This document shows, piece by piece, positions 16,760 through 26,881 of a DNA stretch of 64,000 nucleotides. The stretch is taken from positions 32,499 through 96,498 of the forward strand of contig JAYZEG010000024.1 in NCBI GenBank assembly GCA_036337435.1, given 5' to 3'. Source of the DNA: Myxococcota bacterium (GTDB taxonomy: Bacteria > Myxococcota_A > Bradymonadia > UBA7976 > UBA1532). The notes beneath the pieces were generated by a model, which saw nothing but the letters and a program-made list of their open reading frames with translations, had not been told where the DNA came from and did no database searches. Both the position numbers and the translations under genes were made by a program. The stretch's first letter is position 1. Every line of letters begins with the position of its first letter.

Positions 16760-19006
16760 ATGATTCGAGCATTTTATGTCTTATTACTGGTGGTCGGCAT
16801 CTCCTCGCATGGGTGTGGAGGCGATTCGAGTGATAACGGCGGCACGCGCACGGGGATGGATGCGTCCGGAAGCACAGATGCTGGCATCGATGGGGGTCAA
16901 AACGATTCAGAGCCCGATGTTTTCTCTGGCGCGCCGCAGTGTAGCGATAACACGGACAATGATGGTGACGGGCTGATCGATCTGGCAGATCCGGGTTGTG
17001 ATGATGCTCTCGACAACGATGAGCAGCAGCGCCAATGCGCTGACGGCGAAGATAATGATGGTGACGGTTTGACCGACTATCCGGCCGATCCCGGTTGTGG
17101 CTCGGCGGGAGACAACGACGAACTCAATCCGCCGCAGCCACCCCAGTGTGCGGATGGCGTTGATAATGATCGAAATGGCCTTGTCGATGAGCAAGATCCT
17201 GGATGCGCGTCCGCAGCTGATACCAGTGAACGGGCGGGTGAGGAAGCGGCTCAGTGTTCCGACCTAATCGATAACGATGGTGATGGCGTCATTGATTTTC
17301 CAGACGAACTTGGATGCAGCGCAGCAGGCGACAATGATGAGAGCGATCCAAGAACCACACCGCTTTGTGCGAATGAGTTTGACGATGATATGGACGGCCT
17401 CGTTGATTATCCTGCCGACCCAGGATGTTTTGGTCGGGGCGACCGCGATGAAACTGATAAGCCGGTTACCCCGGCATGCGCCGACAGCGTCGACAATGAT
17501 CGTGATGGGCAGACTGATTTTCCCGACGATGAGGGGTGTACATCGGCTTCAGACTCCAATGAGAAAGGGGCCTGTTTAGACGATTATGACCCGCCCACGC
17601 TGACCGCTGATTCAGCGATTGTCATTGACTCAAGCCGCGGTGTTTTTGAGTCCGAGGGCACCTGCGGTGGGCGTGGCAGCCCTGAAACCGTCGTTCGCTA
17701 CGTTCTAGACAGTGAAGTTGATGCATTGGTCTTCAGCACACGAAATGAAGGTACGCAGGCAGCGAGTACATTGTATATTCGCTATCAGCAATGTCTAAAC
17801 AGTGCCACTGAGATCGCATGTAATGCGGAGGTGCCCAATACGCCCGCACCAGGGCAACGTCTGCGGATCGAGAAGCCGGTTGTCGGCGAATATTTCATCT
17901 TTGTCGATGGTGTTGCTGGTGCCGGCGGCCAAGTTGAACTGAGTGTCACAGAAGTGCCCCGTGCAGCGTGCCTCAATGAAATCGACGATGACATGGATGG
18001 GTTACTCGACTACCCCGAAGACCCCGGTTGTTTGTTGCCCAGTGACCGGGATGAAAGCGATCCCGCCAGCGCACCCGTTTGCGCTAATCAGATCGATGAC
18101 GATGGAGACGGACAAATCGATTTCCCCAACGACGTGGGTTGTTTTGCTGCAGCCTGGGATAGTGAGGCCGACTTGTGCGGCTCGGGCGTGGTGGTTCGCG
18201 AATATTACCCCGATGCAGCCTTCATCATCGGCGATACAAGTGCTGATGATGCGTCCAATGTATTGGATCCCAACAGCTTAAATTGTGGGCGTACATCGAA
18301 ACCAGAAAATGTCTTTGTTTATCGAAACCGCTATCGCGCTCGACTCACAATTTCGACTGATTACCCGGAAACCAGGACGAACACGGCGGTGTATTTGCGT
18401 TCGACGTGTACATCGGGTCGCAGTGAATTGGCATGTGGTGATGGTGCAGCTGACGGTAGCAATCATGGTTCGGCCGTCGTTGAAGCGGTTGAACCGGGCT
18501 TGTATTTTATTGTTGTTGATACCTCGATCGGATTACCGGGTCCCTTTAAATTGACGGTTCGGTCCGAATACGATGAACTACAATGTTCGGATCATATCGA
18601 CAATGACGGTGATGGAAGAATCGATGATGATGATCCGGGCTGCAGTGGACAGGATGACCGCAGTGAGCGGCAATCCTCAGGCATACCAGAATGCAATAAT
18701 TCTGAAGATGATGATCGCGATGGACGGATAGACTGGCCTTTAGATCCTGGTTGCGAAGCGCGTGGCGATGATAGTGAACAAGACCCGGTTCCGCTGCCCG
18801 AGTGTGCCGATGGGATTGATAACGACGGTGATGGTCTGATCGACATTCCAATGGATCCTGGTTGCACTTCGAGGGGCGACCCATCGGAAGAAGACCTTCG
18901 TATCAGCCCGGCATGTTCCAATGGCAGGGATGATGACGGCGATGGTCTAACGGATTTTGGTGAGGACCCTGATTGTATGTTTGCGGGCGACCGTGATGAG
19001 GGCTAG
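16760..19006 (+). CDS. Lipoprotein with 12 Cys/Asp-rich putative Ca-binding repeats and two beta-sandwich (PPC-like) domains
   Basis: Lipobox-like SHGC; repeat C.DG.DND.DGL.D.P.DPGC x12; LYIR..C..GEYFIFVDG and VYLRSTC..GLYFIVVDT domains. Confidence 0.8.
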   Translation: MIRAFYVLLLVVGISSHGCGGDSSDNGGTRTGMDASGSTDAGIDGGQNDSEPDVFSGAPQCSDNTDNDGDGLIDLADPGCDDALDNDEQQRQCADGEDNDGDGLTDYPADPGCGSAGDNDELNPPQPPQCADGVDNDRNGLVDEQDPGCASAADTSERAGEEAAQCSDLIDNDGDGVIDFPDELGCSAAGDNDESDPRTTPLCANEFDDDMDGLVDYPADPGCFGRGDRDETDKPVTPACADSVDNDRDGQTDFPDDEGCTSASDSNEKGACLDDYDPPTLTADSAIVIDSSRGVFESEGTCGGRGSPETVVRYVLDSEVDALVFSTRNEGTQAASTLYIRYQQCLNSATEIACNAEVPNTPAPGQRLRIEKPVVGEYFIFVDGVAGAGGQVELSVTEVPRAACLNEIDDDMDGLLDYPEDPGCLLPSDRDESDPASAPVCANQIDDDGDGQIDFPNDVGCFAAAWDSEADLCGSGVVVREYYPDAAFIIGDTSADDASNVLDPNSLNCGRTSKPENVFVYRNRYRARLTISTDYPETRTNTAVYLRSTCTSGRSELACGDGAADGSNHGSAVVEAVEPGLYFIVVDTSIGLPGPFKLTVRSEYDELQCSDHIDNDGDGRIDDDDPGCSGQDDRSERQSSGIPECNNSEDDDRDGRIDWPLDPGCEARGDDSEQDPVPLPECADGIDNDGDGLIDIPMDPGCTSRGDPSEEDLRISPACSNGRDDDGDGLTDFGEDPDCMFAGDRDEG

Positions 19007-19087
19007 TTCGAGTCCCTCGATATAAATTCGATTTGTGCTGTGCCTCTTTTGTGGCACTCGAACTGTTAATGATATCGACCCGGTGAG

Positions 19088-20650
19088 ATGGCTTTATTCG
19101 TTTGTCTTACGACTTTTTGGTTTCTTTATTTTTTGCGTTCAGCGAAGGAAGATGCAGCCCCCCTACCGGACCCATCGACGGAGTCGTTTTCATACACCTT
19201 ATGGACGACGGATTCGGATACGCAACATCTATTTGACCCCAGCCCGACGCACGTTGTCGCGACAAGAAATGAGTTACCAGACCGTGGTTGGATTCTTTTC
19301 TTGGGACAAGGCGTTTCTGGAGATTCGTCCCTGCCTCGACGTTTGCTTGCGTGTCAAAATCGCTACATCGATGTACGACTATCCCAGGCAGATACCCATC
19401 GGAAAGCCTCGGTCGACCGATTGGTCCGTGATCACTCGCTGACCGGCCAAACACTTGATTCGCGTCGTTTGCTCGCGCACACCGATGAGCAATGTGTTTG
19501 GTTTCGTGCAGAAGATTTTCCAGATTTGCGGGCGACCGCTCGCACCAGTTTAGGGCAATGGCGTAAAAATTTAGGGTTTGGCGTCTCGTTGAGAGCCGGT
19601 GTAGACCAGGACAATCAACCGGTGGTTACTGGCCATTTTTCCCTCGAGCACGCGTTTCAAATTCTGACTCTGCGGTACCAACACATCCCTTTACTCGCGT
19701 CGGTGCTTTGGATCAAAATTGCGTCGCTCTATTTGCTGCCCCTCGCGGGTCTGCTTTTTACGCCTACTCGGCCCTACGCTGCCCTGGCCATTTTGCTCAT
19801 GCTTCTGACACGCTTAGGGCAGGATATTAGGTACTCATACCCTGGATTTTCCTTTTTGACCGACTGGGTGCTGCGCCCCTATTTACTTGCGACGCTGGCT
19901 CGGCATGATTCAGGAATCAGTTCTACACAGGCCCACTCGAAGGGACGAGTTCCTGCTGTCACTCGTGAACGAACACATTTTTTGATGAACGGAGATGGGT
20001 TTGCTTTGGGCAAAGAAGCCTCAGACCGAACACAGTTGGAAGCTCATATTATGTTGGGTGAAGCATCAGGTGCTGGTCCAATGGGCTTTCTGATGGATAG
20101 ATGGTTATTGAACAGGTCTGTTTTTCGGGGCTTGCGGTGGGGCAGTGTGGTGGTTGCACGCGCATTAGGCGAACTCAAGCCGGCGAAGCTGATGGCGATC
20201 GGTCACCTGTCAATATTGTCAAGTCAGCACTATCAGGATGGACGGGTTTGGTTTGTGGATCCAGACCAGACGCTGGTGGAAAGGTACGCTGTCAGGGCAG
20301 GCAAACATGTCCCTTGGGTATCAGCGATCGATGCTTTACCTGAGGAGATCTTCGACTGTGTTGTCTTTCAACATGTTGCAGAATTTGTGGGTGATGCGGC
20401 ACTGCGGCGACAGCTAAAAGCAATATCGATGCGACTCGCAGAAAACGGCAATTTGATCATTACCACCACACACCCTCATGGACTTGTTAGCATGTTGGAA
20501 ACCCATCTGAACTGGCCGACGAGAGTTCGAAGCGGTGTCGGCGTCGAATCACACCTCGTTGCAAGTGAGTACCAGGTGCGCCGGCGATTTGTTGATCCAG
20601 GAGAAACACAATCGGTTTTGATCGCAGGAAAGAGAAATGTCCGCCATTGA
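19088..20650 (+). CDS. Hypothetical membrane protein with a C-terminal SAM-methyltransferase-like segment
   Basis: 520-aa ORF with TM helices; FDCVVFQHVAEFV..LAENGNLIITT resembles class I MTase motifs. Confidence 0.5.
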   Translation: MALFVCLTTFWFLYFLRSAKEDAAPLPDPSTESFSYTLWTTDSDTQHLFDPSPTHVVATRNELPDRGWILFLGQGVSGDSSLPRRLLACQNRYIDVRLSQADTHRKASVDRLVRDHSLTGQTLDSRRLLAHTDEQCVWFRAEDFPDLRATARTSLGQWRKNLGFGVSLRAGVDQDNQPVVTGHFSLEHAFQILTLRYQHIPLLASVLWIKIASLYLLPLAGLLFTPTRPYAALAILLMLLTRLGQDIRYSYPGFSFLTDWVLRPYLLATLARHDSGISSTQAHSKGRVPAVTRERTHFLMNGDGFALGKEASDRTQLEAHIMLGEASGAGPMGFLMDRWLLNRSVFRGLRWGSVVVARALGELKPAKLMAIGHLSILSSQHYQDGRVWFVDPDQTLVERYAVRAGKHVPWVSAIDALPEEIFDCVVFQHVAEFVGDAALRRQLKAISMRLAENGNLIITTTHPHGLVSMLETHLNWPTRVRSGVGVESHLVASEYQVRRRFVDPGETQSVLIAGKRNVRH

Positions 20651-20652
20651 GC

Positions 20653-23043
20653 TTATGGCTTTATAGATGGGATTCCCTCGCTGATTAAGTCTTGCAGAAA
20701 TTCTTTAATATCTTGAACAGCAGTTGGTTCGGAAAACAAAGTCGACTCACTGTCCTCAAGACTCCGACTATACTGTTTTGCGCCCTGTGTTGCCTCGTTT
20801 GCCACATTGGCCTTGAGAACCCCCTCTTCACTGATGTCTGCGGTGCGCACAGAAGACAGCTCCATGATGGGGTCGCCGACAAGTGCCAATCGCATCGAAA
20901 TTAGCAGCGATTCGACGAGTTTTTTTGGGGTTTCCTGATCGGCGACGTCATGCATGTAGAAAATATGTTTCCTAGGTTCCCCATCATTCGGGGTTCTGAT
21001 CAGCCCACCGTAATTTTGGGGATCCCTGGAATCAAGCCAAGATTGAAATAGTTGGAGTGCCGGATGCATAGCCTCCATCTTGGCATCAGCCAGCCGGAGT
21101 CCCAGCTCCGCTGCGATGGGGTGGGGGGTGTTCTTGAGTCGAAGCATGTCGACCATACTGGCACCGAACCCAGTCAGGATCGCAGCAGAAAGAGTTGGGT
21201 TGTTGGCAATGAAGGGCATGGCAACCTCGGCACCATATCCCGCCCCAATGAAGACAAAGCGATTCGGGTCAAAACCAATACGGCTTTCCGGAAGCTGAAG
21301 TTCCGCGGTCCGCAGATAGCTGACAATCCCGTGTAAATCAGTTACAGCTTGTGCGCCTTGGTCTCGCAAAAAACGGGGGTTATCTAAGTTGTATAGTGCA
21401 CTCGCGATGTCGGCCTTGGTGGGGATTTCTGAGCCGTTGTAGCGTTCACCATGTAGAATCCCATCGAAACCAATGACGGCCCACCCAATACTCGTTAGCA
21501 TGGCAGCCAGTCCATTTTCGATGGCCGACCGAAAACCACCGCCGATATCATGGCCAAAAATAACAATCGGCCAGCCGGCTTGCGGGACATCGCCAGTTGG
21601 GACAGCGATAGAAACACATGTCGGCTGAGTGTTTTGTACGACGGGCCGACGCCCCCTGAATTGCACGAATCCGCCAGAGGATTGATAGGGCGGCTCTCCA
21701 ATAAGAATATTCGGGAGTTCAAGGCGCCCATGCAGTTCGATAAATCCTGGTGCCGCAGCCCCGCAGCCCCGACCCGGTCCGCCCCCGCAGGGCGAGATAA
21801 CTCCGCTGTCGCACTGAGATAGATCGCTGATAGACGGTGCTGGGCGCTCGTTTACAGACGCGACTGCGCCGAGAACGCCTTCTGTCGGGTTACCTGTCGT
21901 AAACACGGTGGCGCCGATGACGTCCTCGACAGGAATCTCCTGATCGAGCAGATAGCGTCTGAGTGGTGCATATGCGGCCCATGCTTGCTGAATGATGGCA
22001 TTGGTCGGCGGTGATTGCCCTAATACGAGCGATAGATGTTCGCTGGGTTCCAGCGGCACTCCGTTGACGTCGGTAATCCCGCGCCGAAAAATAACCGCAT
22101 AGGTTGTGAGCGGGGCGAGTGGGCTTCCTTCAGAGGGCCTTATGCCCAGCCAATTTGGGCAGACGTATCGATCTCCACCACCGGTTGCATAGAATCTTGA
22201 CCGTGGTGGTAGACCGTAACGGTTTGTGTTCGGTGTGATATTAACAAAGGAAAAATTTGCACCATTACCACCAAATTCAAGGGTGTCATACTCGACCCGC
22301 CCATCGAATCTAAAGATCACAGCTTCGTTCAATCCAAAACCATATCGGGGCGTTTCATTTGCACTGACATATTGACTCAGCAGCTCGGCTGGTGTCGGAA
22401 AATTCGTGCTCCCAGGGAAACCAGATAGGTCCGTGATGGTTTGTTGCCGACGGATGTCATTTGGATAGGGCAAGGTAAAAAAGTCAGTGGTCGAGTTCAA
22501 ACCGGGAATGACGAAACGTAGGCCCGGAACTCCGTCAGGCGTGTCGATTGAACATTCACTTGGGGTCCATGTCGGTAGCACAACACAGAGACGGTCGGTT
22601 CCGCATGTCATGCCAAGTCCGCAGTCGGATGCGGCTTGGCATGATGTGTCCAATTGGTTTGTGCCTGGCTCACCTAATTCTTGGCATCGGGCTTCACTGG
22701 AGCAAACTAAATCACCGTTACAATCGTCATTCGATGAGCAAACTGCATCCGCATCTTGGTTCCTTGGCGTACTGCACAGGCCCTTGGCATTGCAGACAAA
22801 ACGGCTTTGGCAGTCAGCGTCTTCGCTGCATGGAGCCCCCGACGTCAGCGTACCCGGACTGCCAACCGCAGCGCACACTTTCTCGCGGCTGCACAGTAGG
22901 CCAGCCGCACAAACGGCATCGGTTTCGCACGCTTGCCCTGTCGCCAACGGTAGAGCTTCATTGTCACGAAATGGCTCGCACGACGAGAGCGATATGACGA
23001 TGGTCGGTACAAGAACAAGCAATGAGGCTCGTTGAGGGTTCAT
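20653..23043 (-). CDS. Lipoprotein with Cys-rich N-terminal repeats and an alpha/beta-hydrolase-like domain
   Basis: Lipobox LSSC; C..D.DC..GL.C repeats; FFTLPYPNDIRR, GWPIVIFGHDIGG, DPQNYG. Confidence 0.75.
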   Translation of the reverse strand: MNPQRASLLVLVPTIVISLSSCEPFRDNEALPLATGQACETDAVCAAGLLCSREKVCAAVGSPGTLTSGAPCSEDADCQSRFVCNAKGLCSTPRNQDADAVCSSNDDCNGDLVCSSEARCQELGEPGTNQLDTSCQAASDCGLGMTCGTDRLCVVLPTWTPSECSIDTPDGVPGLRFVIPGLNSTTDFFTLPYPNDIRRQQTITDLSGFPGSTNFPTPAELLSQYVSANETPRYGFGLNEAVIFRFDGRVEYDTLEFGGNGANFSFVNITPNTNRYGLPPRSRFYATGGGDRYVCPNWLGIRPSEGSPLAPLTTYAVIFRRGITDVNGVPLEPSEHLSLVLGQSPPTNAIIQQAWAAYAPLRRYLLDQEIPVEDVIGATVFTTGNPTEGVLGAVASVNERPAPSISDLSQCDSGVISPCGGGPGRGCGAAAPGFIELHGRLELPNILIGEPPYQSSGGFVQFRGRRPVVQNTQPTCVSIAVPTGDVPQAGWPIVIFGHDIGGGFRSAIENGLAAMLTSIGWAVIGFDGILHGERYNGSEIPTKADIASALYNLDNPRFLRDQGAQAVTDLHGIVSYLRTAELQLPESRIGFDPNRFVFIGAGYGAEVAMPFIANNPTLSAAILTGFGASMVDMLRLKNTPHPIAAELGLRLADAKMEAMHPALQLFQSWLDSRDPQNYGGLIRTPNDGEPRKHIFYMHDVADQETPKKLVESLLISMRLALVGDPIMELSSVRTADISEEGVLKANVANEATQGAKQYSRSLEDSESTLFSEPTAVQDIKEFLQDLISEGIPSIKP

Positions 23044-23256
23044 CTGGTCTCCCGAAATTCGATTTGGGCTCGCCGATTCAATCGGTTGTGATTCCTAAGT
23101 TGTTGTTGATACATCCTTAGAAACCGTTGATAAATTGACGCATTACCAAGGCTACTTTGGCGGTCTTATGCTGCCAGAACATCTAATTTGAGTACAACAT
23201 AAGTTGGCCCACCATTTGCTGAAGAGTAACCCAGAACACCAACTGGAGTCGACAGC

Positions 23257-24354
23257 ATGTTTTCGAGTAACAGAACAATCAGTCCTCAAAGCGACTTAAT
23301 TCCACTCGCCGAGTCACTGGCGGATGTTTTAGTGGATATTGGTGACTCGTCAGCGGCAGGGGATGTGTTGTCATTGGTTTCGAAGCACAGCGTATCCGAT
23401 GGGGTTGCTCTTCGTCGGGCCGAACAAAGTTTTATCAATGGAGACGCAACAGCAGCTTTAGACGCGTTGGTGCCTGCTTGGGAAGCGGGGTCAGACGATC
23501 TCCATCTCGAAGTCCAAATGGGTCTGGCTGCGCTTGCACTTGGCTTATACGATGTGGTTGAAACCCTGACAGACAGAGATGATTTTAGCTTAGAACATTC
23601 TATTTTGAGGTGGTTGTCAGCTTTGAGCGACGGCACGGAATTGCCCAACCTGGACTGGGCTCATGGACCAACGATTTGGTCGGCGACCGCCATGCTCACG
23701 ACCCTATCTCGATGTGGGCGTTTGGACATCGCATTTAGGGTGAAGTGCTTTGCGAAAGACAATTCGCAAGAGGATCTTTATCGGTCTATCTCGCGGATTC
23801 CATCCGCCGAACCTGTTCATTCGCAACCTGCGTCTCCGCCTCTGAATGGCCGGGAACAATTTAGAGAACAGTGGACTCATCCGGGTGCCGATGTGGTCTT
23901 CAATTGGGTGTGGAGTTCTGCGCGTCAAGTCTTTACAGGAGAGCGGGTGTTCATGGCCGGGCCTCAGGCAGAGCTGTTGGCCCCATTTGCTGAACATGCG
24001 CTCTCTGATAGTCACGATTCCCTCAATGAAGAGGGGACGAACTCTGTCATTAAACCAGGCCGTTTTGAACATATTATCTCGATCTTCGACATCAATTTCG
24101 GTCTAAGTCCGGTTGAGACAATGCAATCCTATGCGCGCGGCCTCACCCATGAAGGCCAGCTCCACATGCTTGTTGCAGCACAGTGTAAAAACACATGCTT
24201 TGACCTAGCACTGTCCTACGCTGCCATCGTCAACCTCTGCCACCGGGCAGGTCTTGTGATTACCGGCTGCGATTCACGGGACCTCAGCGGTCTCCCAGTC
24301 GCTCACGACGAGGCCGATGTCCACCTTTTCCGTGTTGAAAAAAGAATTATTTGA
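23257..24354 (+). CDS. Hypothetical protein
   Basis: 365-aa ORF with GGAG RBS; helical N-terminus and a possible degenerate MTase-like C-terminus. Confidence 0.6.
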   Translation: MFSSNRTISPQSDLIPLAESLADVLVDIGDSSAAGDVLSLVSKHSVSDGVALRRAEQSFINGDATAALDALVPAWEAGSDDLHLEVQMGLAALALGLYDVVETLTDRDDFSLEHSILRWLSALSDGTELPNLDWAHGPTIWSATAMLTTLSRCGRLDIAFRVKCFAKDNSQEDLYRSISRIPSAEPVHSQPASPPLNGREQFREQWTHPGADVVFNWVWSSARQVFTGERVFMAGPQAELLAPFAEHALSDSHDSLNEEGTNSVIKPGRFEHIISIFDINFGLSPVETMQSYARGLTHEGQLHMLVAAQCKNTCFDLALSYAAIVNLCHRAGLVITGCDSRDLSGLPVAHDEADVHLFRVEKRII

Positions 24355-24366
24355 GTTCGATGCGAT

Positions 24367-24750
24367 TCACCTGGCCCGACAAGCTGTCGCACCGATTTCG
24401 ACAATCACATCTTTTGGAAGGCGGCTGACCTCCACGGTTGCCCGTGCAGGCGGTGGTGTTGGCATATAGCTCGAGTAGACGGCATTGACCGCGCCGAAAT
24501 CGTCCATATCTGTCAGAAATATCGTACACTGAACTAAGTCATCGTACGTAAAATTCGCAGCGTTCAGAACTGCCCCTAAATTCTTCAGCACCTGGTCTGC
24601 CTGCTCTGCAGCATTTTCACCAACTAAGGTCATCGTCTTCGGATCCAAGGCGATTTGGCCACTGACCCAGAGCATGTCACCGACCTGAATCGCTTGGGAG
24701 TAAGGACCGATCGCCGCAGGCGCAGCGACCGTTTTGATTGCACGTTTCAT
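24367..24750 (-). CDS. ridA: RidA/YjgF-family enamine deaminase
   Basis: APAAIGPYSQA, VSGQIALDP, PPARATVEVSRLPK..VEI. Confidence 0.92.
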   Translation of the reverse strand: MKRAIKTVAAPAAIGPYSQAIQVGDMLWVSGQIALDPKTMTLVGENAAEQADQVLKNLGAVLNAANFTYDDLVQCTIFLTDMDDFGAVNAVYSSYMPTPPPARATVEVSRLPKDVIVEIGATACRAR

Positions 24751-24795
24751 GAATGTGTCCCGGTCTGCTGCACAGCGGTAACCCTCAGTCGAGGG

Positions 24796-25122
24796 TCAAA
24801 CGCTCGCCTGTCGGATAGACACAGCACCCTTCCTGAAAGACTCTGGCCGATGCTGCGCTTTGCTGACTTGCCGGGAAATTTTGTCGATGGTCTCATCCGC
24901 GGCTTTTATAAGGTCGTTACTGATGGAGTTAGCACTGTAGTCATGGCCTGCATTCTGGAAATGTATCGCACAGCCAAACTGATTGTTGGGTATTGTTTCA
25001 AGACGGACTCTCACGAATAAGTTCTGCCCGAGCCGCTTTTCCAGCTTCGCAAGTTTAGCTTCGATGCGATTTTTGACCATCTTAGATGGATTCAGATCCT
25101 TACCGATGACTTCTAGATTCAT
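24796..25122 (-). CDS. hpf: Ribosome hibernation promoting factor (HPF/RaiA family, short form)
   Basis: MNLEVIGKDL..IEAKLAKLEK..DLIKAADETIDKISRQV. Confidence 0.75.
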   Translation of the reverse strand: MNLEVIGKDLNPSKMVKNRIEAKLAKLEKRLGQNLFVRVRLETIPNNQFGCAIHFQNAGHDYSANSISNDLIKAADETIDKISRQVSKAQHRPESFRKGAVSIRQASV

Positions 25123-25192
25123 CCGGTCCTCCCCGCGGACTCTCTTTAGCCCGCTCGTCCATTTGGGCTCTCGCCCAACCGTATACCAAATT

Positions 25193-25723
25193 TCAGAGTG
25201 CTAAACGCACCCCGAAAGCCCCATTGATAGCCAGCACTGCTTGCCCATCAGGGATATCAGCGCCGGCAAAAAAACCTTGTATACTGAGATTCGTTACCCA
25301 GCCAAAAACATCATTCACGGGTACGTACAAACCACCTCCCAGCTCGACGCCCAACCGTCGAACCGGTGCGACGTACCAGGGTAGCCCTCCGAATGCGTAC
25401 AATTCGCTCGTGCCGACGTCACGCACCAATTTAATCTTTGGATTCAACGCCAGCACAACCTGCTTTTCCAGTTGAATAATGGTGCCCATAACCCATTCCA
25501 ACTCGCGATCGCCATCGAACATGAAGCCTACGTCAAATTGAAGGTTGGTGGGCGCACGAGACGTGGTGGTATTCTCATCGCCGCTGCTGGTTAGCGTACC
25601 CGATCCTAATCGGGCATCAACGGCAAGATCGAGCGTTTGAGCGTATGCAGCGGTTTGCGGCACGATAGTTGCTAGCAATATCAGCAAGATGGAAACTGCA
25701 AGTGTACGAATGCTCGGATACAC
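25193..25723 (-). CDS. Small secreted or outer-membrane beta-strand protein (start uncertain)
   Basis: Signal peptide ending AYA after GTG 25723; alternating beta strands; C-terminal FGVRLAL. Confidence 0.6.
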   Translation of the reverse strand: MYPSIRTLAVSILLILLATIVPQTAAYAQTLDLAVDARLGSGTLTSSGDENTTTSRAPTNLQFDVGFMFDGDRELEWVMGTIIQLEKQVVLALNPKIKLVRDVGTSELYAFGGLPWYVAPVRRLGVELGGGLYVPVNDVFGWVTNLSIQGFFAGADIPDGQAVLAINGAFGVRLAL

Positions 25724-25911
25724 CGATTCGGTAAGGGTCGCCAATGGAGACGTCGAGTGTAGCGTTGTTAAAGACGACCAATGCACCGTTGCGTGTAGCC
25801 CTGAATTCGGTTCGGACCCCGAAAGTTCCCTTGTACCTTCGAGGTTAGCGTCCGGATTCAATCTGGGCAAGGTATTATTATTGTCGACTCAAACCTAGGC
25901 TATGTGAAAAC

Positions 25912-26853
25912 ATGACTAACCACTTAAAAACCATGGATTATTGGGGAGCTAAAAAAGTGACCAGTTGGATATCTGTGAAATCGCTGACATTAAGTCTTGC
26001 TAGACCGGGCCAAAATTGGCGCTATTTGAGTATTTTCGTCATTCTTTTGGCGGTTTGGACGTCGGGATGCAGTGAAGGCAGCTGCCAGTTCGAGAGTGAC
26101 TGCGCTCAGGGGCAGTCGTGCCTTGAAGGCCTCTGTGTTTACGTTTGCAGCGAAAACACCGATTGTCAGGCGGGCTATGCTTGTGTCGCGGGCCGCTGCG
26201 AAATTGACAACAGCGAAACTGGCTGCACCGGCTCAGAGTGTGTTGACGCAGCCAGGGAACTGGACATGTCGATTGAGCCTGTCGATCTGGCCATCGTTGA
26301 CTCCTCTATACCTGATTTTGCCTTTGAGCTCGACGGCGATACGACGGGTGCGGATGAGGGGGTTAACTCAACGCCTGATACGTCCTTTGTTGAACCCGAT
26401 TTTGCCCAACAACAACCGGATTCTGGTGTTGTCAGTCGAGGTTTTGACCTAACGGGCCTGTATACCGTTACATCGACGGTTCTGGTTACAACGGGCGGCG
26501 AATTCGAGGAGGGTCAGGAACTGAGGACGATCGTCTCCTTAACCCGACTTCAGGGGACGCGATATCGGCTTGAAGTCTACAATCTGGATGGGGTGCGTCA
26601 ATATCTCATTCCTGCCGTCGACTTCATCGCGCCAGGCGGGGCAGGGCGCTATCAATTCGAATACACGCGACGCGAACCGTTTCGAAACAATTGCGACCAG
26701 GTTGAGGTCCGTTTTGAACGTGGTCGGTATTCGTCCGCTACCCATGGCTTCCAGCTGACTGGGGCGGAAGAACGCGCATTTTCTATCGTTGGGGACTCAT
26801 GTTCTGGTGGATACATCGTTCGCACCGATTCGGTCTGGATCCCCTTGCCCTAG
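25912..26853 (+). CDS. Cys-rich lipoprotein (true start probably downstream)
   Basis: LLAVWTSGC lipobox; C.FESDCAQGQSCLEGLC and CSENTDCQAGYACVAGRC repeats; acidic linker. Confidence 0.7.
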   Translation: MTNHLKTMDYWGAKKVTSWISVKSLTLSLARPGQNWRYLSIFVILLAVWTSGCSEGSCQFESDCAQGQSCLEGLCVYVCSENTDCQAGYACVAGRCEIDNSETGCTGSECVDAARELDMSIEPVDLAIVDSSIPDFAFELDGDTTGADEGVNSTPDTSFVEPDFAQQQPDSGVVSRGFDLTGLYTVTSTVLVTTGGEFEEGQELRTIVSLTRLQGTRYRLEVYNLDGVRQYLIPAVDFIAPGGAGRYQFEYTRREPFRNNCDQVEVRFERGRYSSATHGFQLTGAEERAFSIVGDSCSGGYIVRTDSVWIPLP

Positions 26854-26881
26854 CGTGTCTTGTATCTGGAAATCAAGAATC

